Below, in pieces: positions 38,696 to 48,724 of a stretch of 64,000 nucleotides of DNA. Location: the NCBI GenBank assembly GCA_937127445.1, contig CAKZLY010000030.1:10023-74022 (forward strand), read 5' to 3'. The notes under the pieces are model-generated. The model did not search any database and was not told the origin of the DNA. It saw nothing but the letters and a program-made list of their open reading frames with translations. Made by a program: the position numbers and the translations under genes. The DNA is from an uncultured Ignavibacteria bacterium (lineage in GTDB: Bacteria > Bacteroidota > Ignavibacteria > Kapaibacteriales > UBA2268). Within the stretch, counting starts at the first letter, position 1; every line of letters starts with the position of its first letter.

Positions 38696-39601
38696 TTAGT
38701 AGTTTAAAATTCCGGCTTGATAAACGCAACCGGGAAGTGTTTTACCAAAGTAATCGGCAACTTGTTTTGCCAAATCAACAATATAAGGAAGAACAATATC
38801 TTTTCGCAAGTTCAACCTATGCAAGTAATGGGCAAAGTCTTCGGTAGAAACATTGCCTGAGGCAATTTTAGTGAATGGGCAACCACCTAATCCACCGAAA
38901 GCAGTTTCGAAATATTCGACTCCAATTTGCATTGCAACATAGATATTTGCCATACCAAGACCGTATGTATTATGGAAATGACAAGTTAGTTCTGTTTTAT
39001 CGGAACGCTTTTTGATTTCTTCAAACAAATCTTCTACTTGCTGTGGAAAGGCGTGTCCTGCAGTATCAGCAAGAGATATTTTGAATAAATCATTTTCTAA
39101 ATATTTGTCAATGATGGATAAAACACGTTCTTTTGGAACTAGACCTTCGAAACCACACCCGAAAGCACTCTGGACAGAGACCTGAACAGCAAAACCAGCG
39201 GATTTGGCTTGTTGTGCCATAGCAATAATTCTTTGTAGAGCTTCGGAAGTAGTCATTCCAGTATTTTTCTGACTGTGAGTTTCGCTTGCAGAAACACCCA
39301 TACAAATTAATTCAACGCCGGAGTTGATTGCACGCTCTAATCCTTTTTCATTTAATACAAGTCCGGAAAAGATTGGGTGCTTTGAGTTTGCATATTTTTG
39401 GTTGATTTCGAGAAAAAGTTCATCTGTATCGGCCATTTGAGGCATTCTTTGTGGGTTAACAAAAGAACCAACTTGAATAATATCAACATTTGCATTTACT
39501 AATCGGTCAATCCATTCAAGTTTTTTTTCTTTTGGGACAACAGATTTCTCCATTTGTAAACCATCACGCATCCCAACTTCGTGAATAAAAATATTTTTCA
39601 T
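38696..39601 (-). CDS. Hydroxymethylglutaryl-CoA lyase
   Basis: EVGMRDGLQ; GSFVNP; AFGCGFEG; LADTAG; HFHNTYG; GLGGCPF..ASGNVSTED. Confidence 0.9.
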   Translation of the reverse strand: MKNIFIHEVGMRDGLQMEKSVVPKEKKLEWIDRLVNANVDIIQVGSFVNPQRMPQMADTDELFLEINQKYANSKHPIFSGLVLNEKGLERAINSGVELICMGVSASETHSQKNTGMTTSEALQRIIAMAQQAKSAGFAVQVSVQSAFGCGFEGLVPKERVLSIIDKYLENDLFKISLADTAGHAFPQQVEDLFEEIKKRSDKTELTCHFHNTYGLGMANIYVAMQIGVEYFETAFGGLGGCPFTKIASGNVSTEDFAHYLHRLNLRKDIVLPYIVDLAKQVADYFGKTLPGCVYQAGILNY

Positions 39602-39694
39602 ACTAAACCTTTTATAATTATTAACTAATACAAAATACTAAATAAACAAATTATTATTAAATTGATAGTAAAATTAATAAAAGTTTGAATAAAT

Positions 39695-40552
39695 ATGAAG
39701 ATTGACGATACAATATTTATTGAGGAAGTGCAAAAAAGATATGAATTATTGACCGACACATATATTAGTCTATATAATAATGCTTTAAAAAAATTTAAGA
39801 GCGATACAATTCACGATTTAAGAGTTTGTTCAAGAAGAATTATCACGTTGGTAGAATTTGCTTTAAGTAAAATTAACTCGGCATATGGAGAAAATTTAGT
39901 AAAAATATTAAAATTTCATTTCAATAAACTTTCCAAACTTCGTGACATTCAAATATTAATTGAAAATCACAAAGCAAAAGCAATAAATAGCGAATATTGG
40001 TTATTGTTCATTAACTATTTAATTAAGAAAGAGAAAAAAATAATCAAGAAATTGCAGCCGTTATTTTCACAGGATAATTTAGTTGAAATCGAAGGATTGT
40101 TTTTCTTTTTTGAATTAGAATTGCGGAATGCTCTAAAAAATGGGATTATCTCAGATGAAGATTTTATCATTGCATTAGACAAAAAGTATAAGCAGGCAAT
40201 AGATAGTTTTGATAAAATTGAAATAGAAAAAATTGATACCATTCATAAATTTCGCATAAAGTTCAAAAAATTCCGCTATTTGTATGAGTTTTTGCAACAA
40301 ATTGATACTGAGAATAGCATATCGAGTAAAGAATTAGGTAAGTATCAGACATTACTTGGAGATATTCAGGATAGCGAAATCCTAAATAAAAGCATATTAG
40401 TATTTGTAAGAAAGAGTGGAAAATGCAACTTGGCAAGCAAATTGCTTTCAGATGCAACAGGAATTAAAACTGCAGCAGTATTAAAATTCATTGAGAAGAA
40501 AGATGAAGTTTATAAATTCTGGGAAATACAATCAGATACCGTTTCCAAATAA
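39695..40552 (+). CDS. CHAD domain protein
   Basis: IHDLRVCSRR; LRDIQ; IHKFRIKFKKFRYLYE; QTLLGDIQD. Confidence 0.88.
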   Translation: MKIDDTIFIEEVQKRYELLTDTYISLYNNALKKFKSDTIHDLRVCSRRIITLVEFALSKINSAYGENLVKILKFHFNKLSKLRDIQILIENHKAKAINSEYWLLFINYLIKKEKKIIKKLQPLFSQDNLVEIEGLFFFFELELRNALKNGIISDEDFIIALDKKYKQAIDSFDKIEIEKIDTIHKFRIKFKKFRYLYEFLQQIDTENSISSKELGKYQTLLGDIQDSEILNKSILVFVRKSGKCNLASKLLSDATGIKTAAVLKFIEKKDEVYKFWEIQSDTVSK

Positions 40553-41266
40553 TCTGGAAATATTATCTACAACGCCATCATTATTTACTTCAAAGCGAAA
40601 GATGTAATTAACTTCATATTTCTTTATTGCAGTGGGACGAAAACTAACAATAAGTTGCCGAGGTGTTCCATTTGCTGGAATAGTGAGTGGAAATTGCTTC
40701 GGACTTAAATTTTCAATTTTAAAAACAGAAGAATCACCAATAATAGAGAAATTATCAATCAACACCTCATTTGAAGAAAAATTGTAAATATTGATGGAAC
40801 TAATTTTCATTGAACCGATTTGAACAGCGCCAAAATCAATATCTGATGAAAAAACAAGCGGCACACTATAATGAACTAAAAAGAAAGGACGAAAATATTC
40901 TCGGAAAAAAAGAGTATCTGTAAATTGTCCAAATTTTGTCGGGTTTATTTTTAATAATATACTATCATTTGAAAATGGAGATAGATAAAGACTTTTTAGA
41001 TTTTCAAGTTGGTAATTATTTTTATTTCCTTTAATTACAATATCTTTAAGCAAAATATATTGATAAGATAAATTTTCTATTTTTAAAGTTAAGTTAGTAT
41101 TTTTCCCAAAAAGCAGATTATCCAAGTCAATGTTGCTGGGAACAATTGCAAAAATTGTGTCGCCATCTTTGCGTAAATCCAAAACTTCACGGTTTGCTTG
41201 AATATCGATAGGATTGTCGCAAGCATTGAGTGCAAAAACAAGTAATATTATTAGCAAAATCGCCAT
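40532..41266 (-). CDS. Lipoprotein with two Ig-like (choice-of-anchor D/ASH-type) domains
   Basis: Lipobox LNAC; IDFGAVQIG..INIYN; PLTIPANG..LIVSFRPT; ends LFGNG. Confidence 0.7.
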   Translation of the reverse strand: MAILLIILLVFALNACDNPIDIQANREVLDLRKDGDTIFAIVPSNIDLDNLLFGKNTNLTLKIENLSYQYILLKDIVIKGNKNNYQLENLKSLYLSPFSNDSILLKINPTKFGQFTDTLFFREYFRPFFLVHYSVPLVFSSDIDFGAVQIGSMKISSINIYNFSSNEVLIDNFSIIGDSSVFKIENLSPKQFPLTIPANGTPRQLIVSFRPTAIKKYEVNYIFRFEVNNDGVVDNISRLFGNGI

Positions 41267-42450
41267 TAGAATTTAATCGATACTCCTCCGGATAGTCCAC
41301 TTTTCAAAGACGAATACCATTTATTCTGGAATTCGTAGAATAAGCCGGTATTTTCTATTCCAGCAAAAGCATAAACTTTGTTCGATAAGTAATATTTTGC
41401 ACCAATAATAATTTTAGAAACAGGCCCAATTCGAGTACCACCAATCATACCACGAACGAATGGACTAATAGACTTGTAATCTTCAAAAGTATATTGATAG
41501 GACGCACCAGCCCAAAAAGCAGTGTAGTTTTGTTTAACTAAAGCAGGGAAATCATCTATATTTCCTTTGAATTTCTGAACAAAATCTTCTTGTCCGAGTT
41601 CTATGGCAACAGAATTATTATTGTCAATATCATAGATAATTGCAAATCCAAAGTTGTTTAAAATTGGTTCACTAATAGGCTTGACATTAGCATTAACAAA
41701 GTTCTTAGCTTCGAAAAAACGAATTTGCATAGAGAGTTTATCTAAAAATTCAGTTTTTGTGAAAACTGTCTCGAATATTTGAGAAAAACGCTTTTTCTTT
41801 TTGAATAAGAAGTTCGAATTTGTTTCAATAATATCACTAACATCAATAAAAAATATAGGATTATCAACAGATTGCACTAGTTCTTCTTTGTTAATCATTG
41901 ATAATTCCCTTGTTTGAGATGAATTAGTATTTAGATTTGTGACAGGATTTGTAATTACCGTTGAGCTTTTTGATTTAATAATTTGTTTTGGTAATGCTTG
42001 ATAATTTTCGCTAAAAGAGCTTGACGCGGGAATTTCTTTTGGTAAATCAAATTTTGCAGAGACTAACGCTTGTGTATTATCTGCTTTCAGTTGTTCTTTA
42101 TCGAAGAATTGATAAGAAACAAAAGAAACAATCAGCAATAACAGAAGCGAAGACAGAATCAAAGTTAATCTTTTATTGAGTAGTTTCGAATAAATGGTTC
42201 TGGGGGTATTGGACACAGGAACAGAAGTAGCACCAATGGCAGCGAAGATGTTATTTTTCAAAGTTTCAGGAGGGACTAAAAGAGACTTTTTCAAAGTTTG
42301 AGAGATAATGATTTGCTGTCGCATTTCTTCTTGTAATTGCGGGCTTGACGCCATAGTAAGGAAGAGGCTTTCGCGTTCGGAGGCGTCAAGTTCCCCATCG
42401 AGGAAGGCGACAATTTTTTCAGAATAGTTAATATTTAGAAAATCATTCAT
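41266..42450 (-). CDS. Anti-sigma factor with TM helix, low-complexity linker and C-terminal outer-membrane beta-barrel
   Basis: N-terminal AFLDGELDASERESL (anti-sigma domain); TM near aa 96-115; S/T/N/P-rich linker; amphipathic strands ending GLSGGVSIKF; ATGA overlap with the ECF sigma gene. Confidence 0.75.
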   Translation of the reverse strand: MNDFLNINYSEKIVAFLDGELDASERESLFLTMASSPQLQEEMRQQIIISQTLKKSLLVPPETLKNNIFAAIGATSVPVSNTPRTIYSKLLNKRLTLILSSLLLLLIVSFVSYQFFDKEQLKADNTQALVSAKFDLPKEIPASSSFSENYQALPKQIIKSKSSTVITNPVTNLNTNSSQTRELSMINKEELVQSVDNPIFFIDVSDIIETNSNFLFKKKKRFSQIFETVFTKTEFLDKLSMQIRFFEAKNFVNANVKPISEPILNNFGFAIIYDIDNNNSVAIELGQEDFVQKFKGNIDDFPALVKQNYTAFWAGASYQYTFEDYKSISPFVRGMIGGTRIGPVSKIIIGAKYYLSNKVYAFAGIENTGLFYEFQNKWYSSLKSGLSGGVSIKF

Positions 42451-43031
42451 TTTATTTTACCTATTTTGTTTTTTTCATTTTCGGTCAAGAAAGATGCTAA
42501 AAATTCTCTCAGTTTATTTTTAGCACGAAAGATACGGATTCGCACCACTGGCATAGAAATACCAAGAATATCAGCAATTTCTTGATAGGAAAAGTCCATA
42601 AACTCTCGCAGGACCAAAACTTCTCTATATTTTTCTGGAAGAGCGTCTAGCCCAATATTAATTAGTTCATTAATTTCTTTGTTTTCATAGGATTTATCGT
42701 AATATGCGAAATTAAAATTAGCAATATCTAAATGCGATGAATTTTTGGAATTTTTTTCGTTAAGACAAAGATTACGTGCAGTTTTTATCAAAAAGCCAAT
42801 GACATTGGTCATTTCTTTGCATTTTTTAGAAAATTCATAGAAACGGATGAATGTTTCTTGAAAAATATCGTCTGATGCAGGTGAGTTATTTAATATTTTT
42901 CGAATATAAGTATAGATTTTCGAAGAATATCTATTATATAATTCCTCGAACGCAAGAAAAGACAATCGATCGCCTTTTGCCATCAGCAGAAAAAGTTCCT
43001 CATCTTTAATATTTTTTAGATCAGTTTTCAT
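42447..43031 (-). CDS. ECF (sigma-70 group IV) RNA polymerase sigma factor
   Basis: AFEELYNRY; DDIFQETF; IKTARNLCLN; LPEKYREVLVLRE..FSYQEIADILG...RIFRAK. Confidence 0.93.
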   Translation of the reverse strand: MKTDLKNIKDEELFLLMAKGDRLSFLAFEELYNRYSSKIYTYIRKILNNSPASDDIFQETFIRFYEFSKKCKEMTNVIGFLIKTARNLCLNEKNSKNSSHLDIANFNFAYYDKSYENKEINELINIGLDALPEKYREVLVLREFMDFSYQEIADILGISMPVVRIRIFRAKNKLREFLASFLTENEKNKIGKIK

Positions 43032-43149
43032 CTAAAAAGAAAAACAATCGAACTGCCAAAAAGTAACAAAAAAATATCACAAATTTTCAAACGAATAATT
43101 CGTAAAAAATTGCTAATTTTATTTTTTGTAAAATATTTTTGATTTATGA

Positions 43150-44622
43150 ATGATGGAAATACGGTTATATAACTCATTAACTAAAAAAGTAGAGACATTT
43201 GTCCCAATCAAAGATAACGAAGTGAGAATGTATTCTTGCGGTCCAACTGTATATAATTACGCACATATAGGTAATATGAGAGCATTTTTATTTGCTGATT
43301 TTTTACAAAGGGTGTTAAGAGTTGTGGGTGGTTATAGGATGCGATGGGTAATGAATATAACAGACATAGATGATAAAACGATACGCGACAGTAAGATTGG
43401 TTCACTAGAATGGAAAACCGAAATGGGTGAACAAACAGAAGACCCACGAGAAAATTTAAAGAAATTCACGAATTATTATCTTGAAGCATTTATTGAGGAT
43501 ATTTCAAGACTTGGAATTAAAAAAGAACACTTTTATTCTATGCCAAGAGCCACAGAATATATAAAGCCTATGCAAGAATTAATACTGAAAATTATGAAAA
43601 ATGGTTTTGCTTACATTTCAGAAGGTTCAGTATATTTTGATGTTTCTGCCTGGCGAGAAGTTGATGTTTATGGGAAATTATACAGAATTGACTTCGATAA
43701 TTTTAAGAGTGGGTATAGAATTGATGCAGACCAATACGAAAGAGAACAAGTAAGCGATTTTGTTCTATGGAAATCTTACAAGGAAGGCGAACCTTGTTGG
43801 GATTTTTATATTGATGGGACGAACTATCCTGGTCGCCCTGGCTGGCATATTGAGTGTTCATCTATGGAATATGAACTATTAGGATTGCCATTCGATATAC
43901 ATACAGGTGGGGTTGATTTAAAATTCCCGCATCACGAAGATGAAATTGCTCAAAGCAAGGCAGGATATAGCATTGATCCAACAGCATTCTGGTGTCATAA
44001 CGAATTTCTGGAAGTCGAAGGCGAAAAAATGAGTAAATCGCTTGGAAATTTCTTCACTCTTAGAGACTTAATTGCCAAAGGCTTGGACCCCATAGATATT
44101 CGTTTTGCTATGCTATCGGCGCATTATTCATCAAAATATAATTTCACTTTCGATGGAATTAGTGCAGCAAGAAAGGCAAGATTGAAAGTGCAAGAATATA
44201 TTTATGATTTGTGGGATAAAGCCGCTGGGATTGCTGGCGAAAAAATTGAAGGAGCAGCCTTTGAATTACAGAATAAAGTATTTACCGAACTTGCAAACGA
44301 TTTGCATTCTCCGAAAGCGTTAGCAGCGTTGTTTTCGTTTATTAACGAAAACGAGGTTGATAAAATAAGTGTGGAAGATGCGAGAAAATTACTAACAGTA
44401 ATGTCGCAAGTAAATGATATTTATTCAGTCTGGGAAATATCTGAACGCAAAGAAGTTAAAGAAGAAATTCCACAAGAGATAATAGATTTAGCTGAGGAAA
44501 GACTTTCGGCGAAAAAGGCAAAAGATTTTAAGCGAGCCGATGAAATTAGGAATAAAATTATTGAAATAGGCTATTCGATAAAAGATACAAAAGAGGGATA
44601 CGAAATATCGAGAGCTAACTAA
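43150..44622 (+). CDS. cysS: Cysteine--tRNA ligase
   Basis: YSCGPTVY; HIGN; NITDIDDK; DFVLWK; GRPGWHIECS; FPHHEDE; KMSKS; ADEIR. Confidence 0.97.
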   Translation: MMEIRLYNSLTKKVETFVPIKDNEVRMYSCGPTVYNYAHIGNMRAFLFADFLQRVLRVVGGYRMRWVMNITDIDDKTIRDSKIGSLEWKTEMGEQTEDPRENLKKFTNYYLEAFIEDISRLGIKKEHFYSMPRATEYIKPMQELILKIMKNGFAYISEGSVYFDVSAWREVDVYGKLYRIDFDNFKSGYRIDADQYEREQVSDFVLWKSYKEGEPCWDFYIDGTNYPGRPGWHIECSSMEYELLGLPFDIHTGGVDLKFPHHEDEIAQSKAGYSIDPTAFWCHNEFLEVEGEKMSKSLGNFFTLRDLIAKGLDPIDIRFAMLSAHYSSKYNFTFDGISAARKARLKVQEYIYDLWDKAAGIAGEKIEGAAFELQNKVFTELANDLHSPKALAALFSFINENEVDKISVEDARKLLTVMSQVNDIYSVWEISERKEVKEEIPQEIIDLAEERLSAKKAKDFKRADEIRNKIIEIGYSIKDTKEGYEISRAN

Positions 44623-46576
44623 TAATCTTTCTCACTGTATCGATATTCTCAATACTACCGAATAATAGAACGATATCCCCCGATTGAATACGAAAATCAG
44701 GCGGGGGATTAATTATTACTTCCGAGTTACGCTGAACAGCAATAATAGCAGTTGAGTATTTGCCACGCAAATCTGCTTCGAACAGGGTTTTGCCATCGAG
44801 ATAAGAATTTTTATTTACTTTTGTTGCATAAGTTCGATGGTTGCTCAGCTTGGATAAAAAAACTTTATGTTTGATAGATTTTTTGATATTTCTAAACAGT
44901 TCATATCGATTTCCACGAATGTAGTTTGCGAATTTTTCAATATCTTCGGAAGGAACATTGAAAATATGTAAAACGCGGGTAAAAATTTCAATAGATGTTT
45001 CAAATTCCTCTGGGATAACTTCATCAACACCTAATGAATAAAGGGTGTCCATTTCCCTATCGTAGCGAGTTCTAATAATCAGATAGACGTCTGGGTTCAT
45101 CCTTTTGACAATTTTGGCAATGGCGTGTTCAGCAATTGGGTCTGGAATAGTAGAGACAACGATTTTAGCAGAAGCAATGCCCGCTTTCATAAGAATAAGT
45201 TCGCGAGTTGCATCGCCGAAGATAATTTTTTCTCCTTTTTTTGCTTCTTCCCTGACGGTAACAGGGTTCATTTCGATTATAGAATATGGAATATTGGCAA
45301 ACCTGGCAGCAGCAGCTAAATTTCTTCCATTAAGTCCAAACCCAATGATAATAAGGTGATTGCTGAGATTGAAAATGTTATTCACTTCATTAGCAATTGA
45401 TTTATCTTTTTTGTATCTTTCTGAAATATTATTAATTAAGAGCATTCCGAGTTCAATCAGAATAGGATTGATCGTGATAGAAAGAACAGTTGTAGCAAGA
45501 AAAAGTTGATGAGTAAAGCCATTTATAAGCCCGAATGAAATACCAGTAATCGCCAAAACAAAGGCAAATTCTCCGATTTGAGCGACCGTCAAACCAGTCA
45601 GAGTGGAAACCCGAATACTTTTAGTTAGCAAATACGATGGAACAAACGCAGAAATGAATTTAATTGATACTAAAATAAACAGTGCGAAAAGAACAGCACC
45701 ATAGTTATTGAGAAGAAAATTAATATCAAGGAGCATTCCGACAGAAACGAAAAAGAAACTTGCAAAAACCTCTTTAAAAGGTTCAATGTTCGACAGTGCT
45801 TCTTCGCTATATTCAGTTTCCGAAATGACAAGTCCAGCAATAAATCCACCAAGAGCGAGAGAAATGCCAATCAGAGAAGAAATCCAAACAGTAATAATGC
45901 AAATAGACAAGATAACAAGAATAAACAGTTCTTTGATACGAGTTTTAGCGATTTGAAAAATTAAGTTTGGCATTATATATTTTACAGAAACAAAAATAAA
46001 TCCAACGATAAATAAAGTTTTCCCAAAAAGTATAATAATTTCTTCTTCGAAATTAACACCCCCACCTACAAGTAGCGGGACAAGCAAAAACATTGGTAAA
46101 ATAACCAAATCCTGGAAAATTGAAATACTCAGAGAAAGCCTTCCAGCAGGGCTATCGGTACCTAATCGGTGAGAAATAATTTTCATCATCAAGGCAGTAG
46201 AGCTCAGAGCAATTAAAAAACCAATAAATATTGCCTGATTAAGATTAAAATTCAAAAAAGAAGAAAGCAAAACTGATAACGCAATGGTAAGCCCGACTTG
46301 CAATCCACCACCAACAAACACATTCCTTTTGATTGAGAAGAGTTTAGTAAGTGAAAATTCTATACCAACAGAGAACAAGATTAAAATAACGCCTACTTCT
46401 GCAATAAGTTGAACCTGAGACAAATCAGAAATAAGTTTCAATCCAAAAGGTCCGATAAGCATACCTGTAAGCAGGAAACCAACGATTGAGGGAAGTTTAA
46501 GCTTATGGAACAAAAATACAACAAAAATCGAAGTACCGATGATAATCAAAAAGTCTCTTAATAGATGGTGTTCCAT
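44615..46576 (-). CDS. Cation:proton antiporter (CPA2/KefC family) with TrkA-N and TrkA-C domains
   Basis: AEVGVILILFSVGIEFS; LSSTA; FQDL; QIGEFAFVL; IIIGFGLNG; FGDAT; C-terminal RCK_C. Confidence 0.92.
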   Translation of the reverse strand: MEHHLLRDFLIIIGTSIFVVFLFHKLKLPSIVGFLLTGMLIGPFGLKLISDLSQVQLIAEVGVILILFSVGIEFSLTKLFSIKRNVFVGGGLQVGLTIALSVLLSSFLNFNLNQAIFIGFLIALSSTALMMKIISHRLGTDSPAGRLSLSISIFQDLVILPMFLLVPLLVGGGVNFEEEIIILFGKTLFIVGFIFVSVKYIMPNLIFQIAKTRIKELFILVILSICIITVWISSLIGISLALGGFIAGLVISETEYSEEALSNIEPFKEVFASFFFVSVGMLLDINFLLNNYGAVLFALFILVSIKFISAFVPSYLLTKSIRVSTLTGLTVAQIGEFAFVLAITGISFGLINGFTHQLFLATTVLSITINPILIELGMLLINNISERYKKDKSIANEVNNIFNLSNHLIIIGFGLNGRNLAAAARFANIPYSIIEMNPVTVREEAKKGEKIIFGDATRELILMKAGIASAKIVVSTIPDPIAEHAIAKIVKRMNPDVYLIIRTRYDREMDTLYSLGVDEVIPEEFETSIEIFTRVLHIFNVPSEDIEKFANYIRGNRYELFRNIKKSIKHKVFLSKLSNHRTYATKVNKNSYLDGKTLFEADLRGKYSTAIIAVQRNSEVIINPPPDFRIQSGDIVLLFGSIENIDTVRKIIS

Positions 46577-46578
46577 AT

Positions 46579-47472
46579 CTAAAATTTCAAGTAGTGCATT
46601 AATTTATAAACTAAGCTGGCAGTTGTCAAATTTGGGTGATGCAAACCCTCGATTGGAGCCAATTCGACGACATCGAAGCCAATAATTTTCTTGTTTTGCT
46701 TTTGCATTTCGTAGAAAATATCAAGAACTTCTGCATAGAAAAGACCGTTGGGTTCGGGAGTGCCAGTCGATGGCATAAGTGATGGGTCGAAACAATCGAC
46801 ATCGAAAGTTACATAAACGTTTTCAGCAAGGGTATCAGCAACAACTTTTTGCCAGTTATCACCCCAGATTTTTCTTCGAATTTGCCATGCATAGAAAGTA
46901 TTGATATTGTTTTGCTTAATAAAATTGGCTTCTTCGATACATTGGGCACGAATACCGACCTGAGTAATGTTTTTAGTTCCAAAAAATTCAACAACTCGAT
47001 GCATAAAGGAAGCGTGAGAATATGGATTATCCTCATAATTTTCTCGTAAATCCGAGTGAGCATCAAAATGCAGAATTGACATTTCTGGATATTTCTTGAA
47101 GTGAGACTTTATTGGAGCCGTCGAAATTGTGTGTTCACCACCTAAAGTAACCACAAATTTGCCATCTGCGAGGAGTTTATCGACGGTTTGTTCAATCAAA
47201 TCAAGTGCTTCTTTATCGTGTTTTCCATTGAATTCAATTGAGTATAGCGTTGCAATACCTTTATCAAAGCAGAGCTGGCTATTGAACTCTTCGTCATAAA
47301 ATTCGACATAATGAGAAGCTTCGATAATGGCATCTGGTCCGAGAGCAGTACCTTGCCCATAGCTTGTAGTATGTTCGTAAGGGACAGGAAGAATAACTAT
47401 TTTCGAATTTTCATAAGAAGAGAATTCATCTTCGATTGCAAGGAAATTTTCAGAAATATTTTTTGTTTTCAT
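46579..47472 (-). CDS. speB: Agmatinase
   Basis: PYEHTTSYG.GT..GP; GGEH; DAHSD; QVGIR; DVDCFDP...TGTPEP; DVVELAP. ATG 47472 preferred. Confidence 0.88.
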   Translation of the reverse strand: MKTKNISENFLAIEDEFSSYENSKIVILPVPYEHTTSYGQGTALGPDAIIEASHYVEFYDEEFNSQLCFDKGIATLYSIEFNGKHDKEALDLIEQTVDKLLADGKFVVTLGGEHTISTAPIKSHFKKYPEMSILHFDAHSDLRENYEDNPYSHASFMHRVVEFFGTKNITQVGIRAQCIEEANFIKQNNINTFYAWQIRRKIWGDNWQKVVADTLAENVYVTFDVDCFDPSLMPSTGTPEPNGLFYAEVLDIFYEMQKQNKKIIGFDVVELAPIEGLHHPNLTTASLVYKLMHYLKF

Positions 47473-47594
47473 ATCTACTATTTCGATTAATACAAAAATG
47501 TATAAACGAAAATAGAGAGTTAATAATTTATTTGTTAAATTAATTCTAATCTTCATTCGTTAAAGATATGAAAAATATTTAATTTGAGGGAAAT

Positions 47595-48374
47595 ATGAAA
47601 AAAACATTGTTTTTATTTTTATTCGTATTATTAGCTACTTCAAGAATATTAGCACAAGATGACGAGCTGGATAATTTCTCATTTGAAACGGAACCATTGA
47701 AAAGCGAGAGCAATCCATATTTTTCAGTTGGGGCAGGTTATCAGCTTACTTTTTTGATGCTAAATTATGACGAACTCAATAAATATGTTGCTGATAAGCT
47801 TGGGTTAGACAAGTTTGAAGGTATTTTTACATTAGGTGGGGTTCATGGATTTACAGGACTTGTTGTAATTCCAAATACTCGTCTTGGCTTTTTCGGTATA
47901 AGCGGGAGTAAAATTTCAGAGAAAGAAAATTCTACAACAAATTTGAAACGAACTGCAGAATTAAAAGTTGCAATAAATGGATTTTCGATTGATTATGGAA
48001 TAGTCCCAATAAAAAGTCTGGCAGTGCTTCCAGGGCTGAATTTTGGTTGGGGGAATTATATACTTGAAACAACAGAGACGCCAGCTTCAATTGATTGGAC
48101 AGACGTTGATAATATAATTGTCGGGTCTGCTAAAATGAACAGGATTGAGAACAAATTTATGATGGTTCAGCCACAATTAAGCGTAGAATATGCTGTAACT
48201 AATTTTGCTATGATACGTGCCAACGTGCATTATAACTTGACTTTCGACAATCCACTTGTAGATAAAAAATGGACTTTCAATAAGGATGCGGAGCTGAAAA
48301 ATACACCTAATAAGATGAATAGTAATGGGTTGGGATTGCAGATAGGTATATATTTAGGTTTGTTTAATTATTAA
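47595..48374 (+). CDS. Outer-membrane beta-barrel protein, function unknown
   Basis: Signal peptide (ILAQ); alternating amphipathic strands ending GLQIGIYLGLFNY. Confidence 0.7.
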   Translation: MKKTLFLFLFVLLATSRILAQDDELDNFSFETEPLKSESNPYFSVGAGYQLTFLMLNYDELNKYVADKLGLDKFEGIFTLGGVHGFTGLVVIPNTRLGFFGISGSKISEKENSTTNLKRTAELKVAINGFSIDYGIVPIKSLAVLPGLNFGWGNYILETTETPASIDWTDVDNIIVGSAKMNRIENKFMMVQPQLSVEYAVTNFAMIRANVHYNLTFDNPLVDKKWTFNKDAELKNTPNKMNSNGLGLQIGIYLGLFNY

Positions 48375-48454
48375 TTTGTATTTTATCAATTTTTTCTTAT
48401 TTTTGTAGTCTATAAAATATCTGATTATTTAGATATTAGTAGATAAGAATAAAG

Positions 48455-48528
48455 GGGCCTGTAGCTCAATTGGTTAGAGCGCCGGACTCATAATCCGTCG
48501 GTTGGGGGTTCAAGTCCCTCCAGGCCCA
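48455..48528 (+). tRNA. tRNA with CAT anticodon, most likely tRNA-Ile2 (lysidine-modified); CCA not encoded
   Basis: Acceptor GGGCCTG/CAGGCCC with discriminator A; D arm GCTCAATTGGTTAGAGC; loop CT-CAT-AA; TTCAAGT T-loop. It lacks the C1 mismatch and GGG/CCC anticodon stem of initiator tRNA. Confidence 0.9.
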
Positions 48529-48530
48529 CA

Positions 48531-48559
48531 AAAAGCTGCCACAAAAGGGCAGTTTTTTT
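48531..48559 (+). terminator. Terminator after the tRNA (GGCTGCC hairpin family)
   Basis: AGCTGCC-acaaaag-GGCAGTT followed by TTTTT. Confidence 0.75.
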
Positions 48560-48724
48560 GTTTATGCGTAAACAAAAATTAGTTTTAATAATTTTACTCG
48601 ACTAAGTGTACTGGTAATAAAATGAATTGGTTGATATTTTGAATCTTACATTGTTCTAATTATTGTATAAATAATTGATTAATAATGTTTTAAAAATTAA
48701 GGTTAAAAAAATAAAAAGAATTAT

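Noticed and set aside
48455..48528. CAT tRNA as initiator tRNA-fMet
   Set aside because: It has a paired G1-C72 and lacks the three consecutive G-C pairs in the anticodon stem; the sequence pattern fits Ile2 better, though elongator Met is not fully excluded.
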